Shown here piece after piece: positions 57,686 through 64,000 of a stretch of DNA of 64,000 bases. Both the position numbers and the translations under genes were made by a program. Location: positions 1-64,000 of IMG/VR virus record IMGVR_UViG_3300033070_001161. One strand, given 5' to 3'. Each line of letters opens with the position of its first letter. The stretch's first letter is position 1. The notes beneath the pieces were generated by a model. That model was not told the DNA's origin. It saw only the letters and a list, made by a program, of their open reading frames with translations, and did no database searches. The stretch is from a virus. Lineage: Duplodnaviria > Caudoviricetes.

Positions 57686-58479
57686 AAAATTTCTTTTAAT
57701 GATTTTATTCGTTTAAATCCTACATCATAACGTTGATTATGGGGAGCGTCAAATAAGAATGTGCATATTCCTGCATTATTTAGCTCCACAAAGTTTTCAT
57801 ACCGATCATCTACAAATATCTCAATTCCACTTTTCTTGGCTACATCAATTTTACTTTCTCCAAAATTTACACTATATACTGGCATTGTAGGAAAACCATT
57901 CTTGTCAAGCCATTCCTCTGTCCATTCTTTAGGAATACTGCGGGATGTAATATAACAATGAGGTTCAAAATTAATTTCAGATGGAGGTGTTTTTACAGGA
58001 ATAGAGAGCCAAAAATCTTTATCTTCTGCTAAAAGTTTAAATTTATCTCCTATATGACGATCAAAATTCCAAGTTTCAGGTACTTCCTGACCATGATATT
58101 TTGTCCAATGCCCCACCCAATCAGCAAGCACTTCATCTATATCAAGTCCTATTTTAGGACGATTTAAATAACTATGAGGTCTATTATCTCCTTGAGGAAA
58201 TATCTTATAATATGCTATCATAAAGTGGGCATTACAGGCTAAATGAGCAGCATGTAATTCTCCTGATTCAGGATCATAATCTTCTCCTCTTTTTATAGCA
58301 GCCATGTGTCTTTCAGCAGATTCGTACACTTTACTCCATACCATACCTTTCTCCCAATTTCTGGGAGCATATTTCTCAGCACCTTTAGTAAGTACTCTTA
58401 CCATTTGTTCGTGTGCCCAAGGATGTACTAAATCATATCTTAATTTTCCCTCATTATATCTTAATGCTTCTCCACTCAT
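57682..58479 (-). CDS. DUF5664 dATP/dGTP diphosphohydrolase domain fused to a HAD 5'(3')-nucleotidase
   Basis: RYNEGKLRYDL, GAEKY..RNWEKG, RH...DPESG..H.AH; then IGLDIDEVLADW, ITSR, FVDDR. Confidence 0.8.
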   Translation of the reverse strand: MSGEALRYNEGKLRYDLVHPWAHEQMVRVLTKGAEKYAPRNWEKGMVWSKVYESAERHMAAIKRGEDYDPESGELHAAHLACNAHFMIAYYKIFPQGDNRPHSYLNRPKIGLDIDEVLADWVGHWTKYHGQEVPETWNFDRHIGDKFKLLAEDKDFWLSIPVKTPPSEINFEPHCYITSRSIPKEWTEEWLDKNGFPTMPVYSVNFGESKIDVAKKSGIEIFVDDRYENFVELNNAGICTFLFDAPHNQRYDVGFKRIKSLKEIL

Positions 58480-58482
58480 AAT

Positions 58483-58860
58483 CTATTGATTTTCAAGTAC
58501 TTCAAATGCTTTTTTAAATGCATCCACTTCACATTCAATCCTCGTCATACTTAAAGACGAAGGATCATTATAGGTTTCTTTAGATGTTCTAATTTGCCAA
58601 GACCATCCATGCATTTCATCAGGTCCATCTAAAAGTACTATAATATATTGTTTATCGAAAAATTCATATAACTGTCTGAAATTGAATAATATACTACCAT
58701 AAATCAGATCATCTGTCAGCTCAGGTAAATCTGCTGATGTATAACCATCTCCTTGTTGTAACAAGATTTTTCCATAATTCACCAACTGATCTTTAGTAAA
58801 TTCTTCCAATTTCTTATATGAATTGGGATATTCCTTTTTTATTAATTTTATATCAATCAT
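58483..58860 (-). CDS. Hypothetical protein
   Basis: 125-aa ORF. Confidence 0.55.
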   Translation of the reverse strand: MIDIKLIKKEYPNSYKKLEEFTKDQLVNYGKILLQQGDGYTSADLPELTDDLIYGSILFNFRQLYEFFDKQYIIVLLDGPDEMHGWSWQIRTSKETYNDPSSLSMTRIECEVDAFKKAFEVLENQ

Positions 58861-59039
58861 GATTCAAATGTTTGTTTTATTGATTTTGAAAATTCATCTA
58901 ACATTTGTATTTCCATAAGTTCAAGTATTCTCTTCACTTTTTCTTTATCTACAATACCAGATGCTTTTGAACTATCTTTATAAACAAGTTCTATTTCATC
59001 TAGTTTATCTAACGCTTTTTGTAACGGACTTTTTTCCAT
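58857..59039 (-). CDS. Small hypothetical protein
   Basis: Probable start at ATG 59039 (MEKSPLQKAL). Confidence 0.5.
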   Translation of the reverse strand: MEKSPLQKALDKLDEIELVYKDSSKASGIVDKEKVKRILELMEIQMLDEFSKSIKQTFES

Positions 59040-59592
59040 TTGCTTTAGTTTTAATTTTTTCAATATCAAGAGTCTCTTTCTCCATATCTGGAATACTCCA
59101 GAGTTCTGCATCTTTATCCAACTCTACATCAAGAAAAAGCTCTATCTCTTTTCTGAATTTTTCATTCTGAGAAAACACATCCCACTGAAAAGTAGGAATG
59201 TGTTTCATATATACCTTTACGGTTTTATCATAGCATCCTCTAATAAATTTAGAAAGTTTTGAATATTTACCTTGTTTAAATAGTTCAAAATCTTTCTGTA
59301 AATGATCTGGTATTTTATATATTAATACCACATACCCCCCTGCATAGTCATAATCCTCTTTAAAATGAATATTTTCAAATTCTTGAGCATTTAAAAACTG
59401 CTCAAACTGTTCAAAATCATGAGGTTTGAATAATATATACATATTATCTCCAATATCCTCTTCTCTTAGTTTATCTTTAAGGTAGGAATTAATTAATCCG
59501 TATTCACTCTCAAGATGAGAGAAATGGGAGCCTGTTATAGGCTTTAATAAAAAAAGTGTACTGCAATTATATTTAAAAAGTTCGTCGATCAT
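59005..59592 (-). CDS. Hypothetical protein
   Basis: 195-aa ORF coupled to the exonuclease gene. Confidence 0.6.
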   Translation of the reverse strand: MIDELFKYNCSTLFLLKPITGSHFSHLESEYGLINSYLKDKLREEDIGDNMYILFKPHDFEQFEQFLNAQEFENIHFKEDYDYAGGYVVLIYKIPDHLQKDFELFKQGKYSKLSKFIRGCYDKTVKVYMKHIPTFQWDVFSQNEKFRKEIELFLDVELDKDAELWSIPDMEKETLDIEKIKTKANGKKSVTKSVR

Positions 59593-60722
59593 TAATTATA
59601 GTTTTCTAAAGCTATTATACCATTTTGTTCGTATGCCGTTTTACTGATATTCCAAACTTTACTTTCATTAGCCCATATAATATTATCAACCAACTCTTTT
59701 ATTCCTCTAAATTTAGAAGAATTTATTGAAAATCCTTCCCAAGCATCATTCAAATGCTGTTCATTTAATCTATATATTAAGGGTCTTCTATTATTTTTGG
59801 AAGTATCTGCTGATATAAATTGATACGGTTCTAATTTATAATCTTTCAGTCCGTTGTTCATCATAAATGAAGTAATACCAATGCTGTACCAACCTGCCTG
59901 AATATAATATTTTTTCTTAATATAATTAAATGGAAATATTGTATTATCATATGTTGATTTTAAATCATATGGGAATACAGATTTCTTATTATGATCCACA
60001 ATTAATAAATCAACTTCACATTTACCCTTAATGCTACCATTTTCTCCTTTATAGATAAAATCTATAGGAAATTTTGGTAGTTTTTCAATACCGTCTACTT
60101 CATTAGTTAAATCCAACAAAGATTTTGTAAAATCATCTTGGAGAAGGTATGACGAAATTTCTAACGCCCTAAGTTTAAGTCCTTCACTTACAACAAGTTT
60201 ACCAATATTGTCTATTTTAGACTTAAAATATTCAGCAGGACTCATGCCTGTTTTATTCTTAGTATTAAAATCCTCTATTGCCCACTCTACAGTTTTACCT
60301 TTATATTTACCAGCCCTCTGAACGTTATCGAAAGCTTCTCTGAATCTAGGTTCAAACTCTTCTGTTATCTCACCATCTATTATTGTTCTCTTTGTTATTT
60401 TAAAGAGTTCATCGGCTAACATAAATCCTTGTGCACTAGAAGAAGGTTCTCCTGTTAATAATGCATATCTATCACTAAATATTTGCTCAAATTCTGTAGC
60501 ATCCCCTTTAGCTGTAAGAAGTATATCGTCAATTAGATTTCCTAATAGACTTGCACTTGTATCTTCATCCTCTTTTGGAAGTCCTAATATGAATTCTTCA
60601 TAGAATTTTACAGGACTTTTATCAAAAGTAACAATACTACTATAATTTAATGCCTCGATTTTACGATATTCTACATCAGGTGTAGCTATTTTTTCACGTT
60701 TTACTTCGCCTTTTGCTCCCAT
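59592..60722 (-). CDS. PD-(D/E)xK exonuclease (RecE/ExoVIII-like)
   Basis: LNYSSI..F..SP..F, GNLID, KCEVDLL.VD......YDLKST, YYIQAGWY. Confidence 0.75.
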   Translation of the reverse strand: MGAKGEVKREKIATPDVEYRKIEALNYSSIVTFDKSPVKFYEEFILGLPKEDEDTSASLLGNLIDDILLTAKGDATEFEQIFSDRYALLTGEPSSSAQGFMLADELFKITKRTIIDGEITEEFEPRFREAFDNVQRAGKYKGKTVEWAIEDFNTKNKTGMSPAEYFKSKIDNIGKLVVSEGLKLRALEISSYLLQDDFTKSLLDLTNEVDGIEKLPKFPIDFIYKGENGSIKGKCEVDLLIVDHNKKSVFPYDLKSTYDNTIFPFNYIKKKYYIQAGWYSIGITSFMMNNGLKDYKLEPYQFISADTSKNNRRPLIYRLNEQHLNDAWEGFSINSSKFRGIKELVDNIIWANESKVWNISKTAYEQNGIIALENYN

Positions 60723-61123
60723 CCTCTTGTTAATTTAGTGATTACTAATCTACTACGTCTTTTATTCTCTAATTTTACATTAGTTATTTGAAACGGAAGA
60801 GATATAATTTGCTCCCTATAAGAATAAAATGTACTATTACACCATTCCAAAAAACATTTCTTAGGTGTAGCTGGATTATCAATGGTTATACTTATAACGT
60901 TAGGATGATAGTATATACCATTATTTTCTACAACAAGTACAGTACGAGTTTTTTTATATTTTTCGTATACTTCTCTAGCTAAAGCTTTTGTAAATTGATC
61001 TTTTTTACTACATTTTAAAATAAAAATATGTAATTTAGTCGGAGATTCTTCATCTACTTCAGCAAAAATAGCTAATCTTTTTCCTTTTTCATCGTATTTT
61101 GATAAATTACTAAAATATTTCAT
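60701..61123 (-). CDS. Hypothetical protein
   Basis: 140-aa ORF. Confidence 0.55.
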   Translation of the reverse strand: MKYFSNLSKYDEKGKRLAIFAEVDEESPTKLHIFILKCSKKDQFTKALAREVYEKYKKTRTVLVVENNGIYYHPNVISITIDNPATPKKCFLEWCNSTFYSYREQIISLPFQITNVKLENKRRSRLVITKLTRGWEQKAK

Positions 61124-61593
61124 AGTTTTTTTAATTTTTCTTTGTCTTCTTTTGTTTTAGCATCATGACATGGATTACAAAGTACTTGTAAACCATCCAC
61201 TTCACAAAATAATTTTTCCACAAAATCTGGAAGATCAGATGCTTGTCTTAATATACCAGCAGGTTCTATATGGTCAACAGTGATATTCTTTCCAGAAAAC
61301 CACTCTTTACATATATTACATTGATACTCAAACTTTTGTCTCTTATTTGGACCAGAATAATTCCTTCTGGATTTATCTCGACACACTGATATTGGTTTCC
61401 AATATATTGTACGCCTACGTAAAGCCGATCTAATCATTGTCCAAAATTCAGATTCTGTCCAAGTGTTATGATTCCTAGTTCTAGGTAATCCTTTTCTCTT
61501 TTTTACAAGAGCTTTCTTTTTTACAGCTACAGCTCTTCGTTTTTTTGGTGAAGTATCACTTCTTACTTTGTTATTTTTTTGTTTTTTTCTCAT
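61120..61593 (-). CDS. HNH endonuclease
   Basis: CNIC...VDHIEP...LQVLCNPCHDAKT. Confidence 0.8.
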   Translation of the reverse strand: MRKKQKNNKVRSDTSPKKRRAVAVKKKALVKKRKGLPRTRNHNTWTESEFWTMIRSALRRRTIYWKPISVCRDKSRRNYSGPNKRQKFEYQCNICKEWFSGKNITVDHIEPAGILRQASDLPDFVEKLFCEVDGLQVLCNPCHDAKTKEDKEKLKKL

Positions 61594-61841
61594 GTTTCGT
61601 CTATTGATTTGATCTCAACATCGAGTATACCATCATCACACGATTGTATATGATCCTCTATAAGTCCAGCTAGACTTTTTGCAGCATTATATAACTCGCT
61701 GGTTGTCTGCTCTTTAGATAATGGACCTTTTACACAAACGCCTACTTTTACTTTTATAACTATATTAAATTCGCCATCTATATCGTTCCAAGGCGCACCG
61801 TAACTATTTTCTGTTAAATCTGGAGGAAGGTTACTACTCAT
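61590..61841 (-). CDS. Small hypothetical protein
   Basis: Probable start at ATG 61841 (MSSNLPP) just downstream of a promoter; the TTG start at 61877 lies inside the promoter. Confidence 0.55.
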   Translation of the reverse strand: MSSNLPPDLTENSYGAPWNDIDGEFNIVIKVKVGVCVKGPLSKEQTTSELYNAAKSLAGLIEDHIQSCDDGILDVEIKSIDET

Positions 61842-61846
61842 AAGTA

Positions 61847-61878
61847 CAAATTTAAAGAACCTAGAAACATTATCCAAA
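61847..61878 (-). promoter_or_regulatory. Bacteroidota-type promoter overlapped by a 13-bp inverted repeat
   Basis: Minus strand TTTG, N20, TAAATTTG; inverted repeat arms at 61855-61867 and 61881-61893. Confidence 0.7.
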
Positions 61879-61907
61879 TATTTCTAGGTTCTTGTTATAA
61901 AAATTGT

Positions 61908-63095
61908 TTAAAATGCTGACTCTTCAACAGTATTGGTTAAGTCACTAGAACCATCTGACAGATATACGGGTGTTGATCCACCATCTGCTGTATAAAATAA
62001 TGTACTAGCAGTTATATTCATAGTACCCGGACTACTATAATAAGTACTACTACCCGTAGTACTTCCAATAGAAACATTATTGAAACCAGTAGAAATTCCG
62101 TCTCGCAGAATACTTACATCCGAATCCGTTATTGCCGGATCAGTAGCTAATACAGGCGTATCTCCATCAACGTTATGTGTAGCTGTCATATATTCGTTAA
62201 ATTCATCTATTAATTCTTCTACCTTCTTCTGAATTTCTGTACGAGATTTTCCTTGTATTTTATAAAAATTAACAAAGCAACTATCTAATATAAATTTCTC
62301 AGGTACATTCCAAACTTGGTATCCTTGATTGATGATATTATTTAATTTAGCTTTATGTGCTTTACGTACAGTTTGACTACCCTTAAAGGAGGGGTGATCT
62401 ACATCATCATTTACAAGTACAATCACCTTGGTAGGATCAATTTTACCTGTCATTAACATATGATATTTTTGATATATGTAATTTTCAGGTAACACTACAG
62501 ATATAAATGTAGGTATAAATTTAGGATTATCATCATTTCTTAGATAATACAAAGAGTTATGTAAATAAGACAGTGTTATTAATCTTCCTGCATATAATGA
62601 CCTATGTACATTAGATGCAATAAAATCAGCAAAATCATATCCTCTGCTAGAGCCTATATAACTGTCAAGTAATATAAACTCATTATTATTTATATACTTA
62701 TTTATAGCATCATTTGTTACGCCAAGTATTCGTTCTATAGACCCAAATCCGTGATTATGCATATTTCTAGCAAATAAATTCGGAATAAAATCATTTGGTA
62801 ACTGTTTACCACAAAATTTATCTGTCTGATTCATTACATATTTAATACTAGACACATCTAAAAAATCTATATCTGATGCAAATAAATAACTAAGTGGTAT
62901 AAAATCAGTATATGGACAAATAATATTGCTTCTATCATTTACTTCTATATGCTCGTTATATATTTGTAGACTATTTTGTATATTCATAAACATATCAATA
63001 AAAGAAGTTTCTTCTTTTTGACGTTTAAAAAAACTAAGTCTCTCTTTAGGTTTTCTTCTTACAACAGGTTTTTCTAAAATGGCTTCACTTGACAT
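61908..63095 (-). CDS. Hypothetical protein with low-complexity Ser/Thr/Asp tail
   Basis: 395-aa ORF overlapping the ThiF gene end. Confidence 0.6.
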   Translation of the reverse strand: MSSEAILEKPVVRRKPKERLSFFKRQKEETSFIDMFMNIQNSLQIYNEHIEVNDRSNIICPYTDFIPLSYLFASDIDFLDVSSIKYVMNQTDKFCGKQLPNDFIPNLFARNMHNHGFGSIERILGVTNDAINKYINNNEFILLDSYIGSSRGYDFADFIASNVHRSLYAGRLITLSYLHNSLYYLRNDDNPKFIPTFISVVLPENYIYQKYHMLMTGKIDPTKVIVLVNDDVDHPSFKGSQTVRKAHKAKLNNIINQGYQVWNVPEKFILDSCFVNFYKIQGKSRTEIQKKVEELIDEFNEYMTATHNVDGDTPVLATDPAITDSDVSILRDGISTGFNNVSIGSTTGSSTYYSSPGTMNITASTLFYTADGGSTPVYLSDGSSDLTNTVEESAF

Positions 63096-63811
63096 GATTC
63101 TACATCTTTAAGTTTATAATCAAAAATAGGAAGATACATTCTTTGATGAAAAGGTACATCCCTAAATTCCATAGCTAATTTACAGTTTGTAAGAAAGTTA
63201 CATAATACAGATGTTATCATTCCTCCTATCATCATTGCGCTGAATGTAGTTTGTTTATTTGTACAATCCAGATCAGGAACATCTTTGTCATCAAAAAGCC
63301 ATTTTTCTTGATATTCTTTTATAGCCTCCTTATTATCATAATCCACTGCAAATATTTCTAATGTTTCTAATAATAATCTACCATCTATAAAAATAGCAGG
63401 TAATGAAGGTTCATATTTTTTCCTTACATCTACGCAAGACATCCAAGAATCAAATGCGTCTTTTCTAGTTTTCATGTTATCCAAAGCACTTATACAAACA
63501 TTATCCATCTGTTCAGTTTCTTCAAAATAATCATCTATTGTATATATGTCATTATTACAACCAAGTTCAATTATATTACTTTTTACACATACCACTTTTG
63601 GTTTACCTACATCAGATTTTTTGTAAAATTGACCTCCTTTTACGTTAGTTTCATCTACAACATCTGGGTCAATAATTGTAATAGTATGACCTATTCTGGA
63701 TAATGATAATGCTGTCCAGCTACCTATGCCTCCAGCACCAATTAATGTAATATCTGTTTGTTGATCTGCCCAATCAGCACCACTCCATCTAGTTCCTACA
63801 GTAACGCTCAT
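63074..63811 (-). CDS. ThiF/MoeB/E1-like adenylating enzyme
   Basis: LIGAGGIGSW, IIDPDVVDETN, DVGKPKV, SALDNM.TR, IDGR. Confidence 0.85.
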   Translation of the reverse strand: MSVTVGTRWSGADWADQQTDITLIGAGGIGSWTALSLSRIGHTITIIDPDVVDETNVKGGQFYKKSDVGKPKVVCVKSNIIELGCNNDIYTIDDYFEETEQMDNVCISALDNMKTRKDAFDSWMSCVDVRKKYEPSLPAIFIDGRLLLETLEIFAVDYDNKEAIKEYQEKWLFDDKDVPDLDCTNKQTTFSAMMIGGMITSVLCNFLTNCKLAMEFRDVPFHQRMYLPIFDYKLKDVESCQVKPF

Positions 63812-63813
63812 AA

Positions 63814-63999
63814 TTATATAATTTTATTTACTAAATTTATTTCTTCCGAGATAGTTGCTATCATTTCTGATACCAATCTTGATCTAAATGAATATGGATA
63901 GAGATAATCTTTTGTGATTTCTAATAATTCCACATAATCATCTACATTTTTGTATAGATGAATTACATCAAAATGTTCTGATAGAAGTGTCTGAAAATC
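63814..63999 (-). CDS. Partial CDS (C-terminal 61 aa; start outside the window)
   Basis: Open frame DFQTLLSEHF...NLVNKII* ending 2 nt before the ThiF ATG. Confidence 0.6.
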   Translation of the reverse strand, partial: DFQTLLSEHFDVIHLYKNVDDYVELLEITKDYLYPYSFRSRLVSEMIATISEEINLVNKII

Positions 64000-64000
64000 A

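Noticed and set aside
55647-58479. Calling this a Z-genome phage
   Set aside because: The hydrolases alone are insufficient and no PurZ or HD-domain DatZ is in the window; kept only as a low-certainty lead
1-64000. tRNA, rRNA, integrase or transposase genes
   Set aside because: No cloverleaf with a T-loop GTTCGA signature in the few intergenic gaps, and no recombinase or transposase motifs were recognised

Overview
This window is a 64-kb AT-rich segment of a crAss-like (Crassvirales-type) tailed phage genome, almost certainly infecting a Bacteroidota host. Host evidence: repeated TTTG-N20-TAnnTTTG promoters and A-rich starts without Shine-Dalgarno sequences. It uses standard genetic code 11. 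The plus strand (614-50300) carries virion/late genes: a metallophosphoesterase, ring proteins, an IHF-like protein, the muzzle protein, cargo proteins, a 4363-aa virion RNA polymerase (GSDFDIDK) with a C-terminal DarG-like macrodomain, a further cargo gene split by a GIY-YIG endonuclease, two fibre proteins, a PL9-like depolymerase and several glycosyl-/methyltransferases. The minus strand (50334-64000) carries more glycan-modifying enzymes, nucleotide hydrolases, a RecA-like recombinase, nucleases and a ThiF/E1-like enzyme. The two blocks meet at a bidirectional terminator. Two systems stand out. (1) The three consecutive RNAP-cluster cargo proteins (about 6450 aa) contain, by my reading, only four cysteines, all within three residues of a terminus and paired tail-to-head (..DCLG*/MAC.., ..APCE*/MAC..). 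This suggests a covalently or metal-stapled ejection chain that also rescues a gene split by a homing endonuclease. (2) There is a candidate phage-encoded virion O-glycosylation pathway: a GT96/GT95-like peptide glycosyltransferase, two GT-A enzymes, a GT11-GT7C fusion and three SAM methyltransferases near a Ser/Thr-rich fibre. Family assignments are by motif recognition from memory, not database searches. No tRNA, rRNA or CRISPR array was seen.
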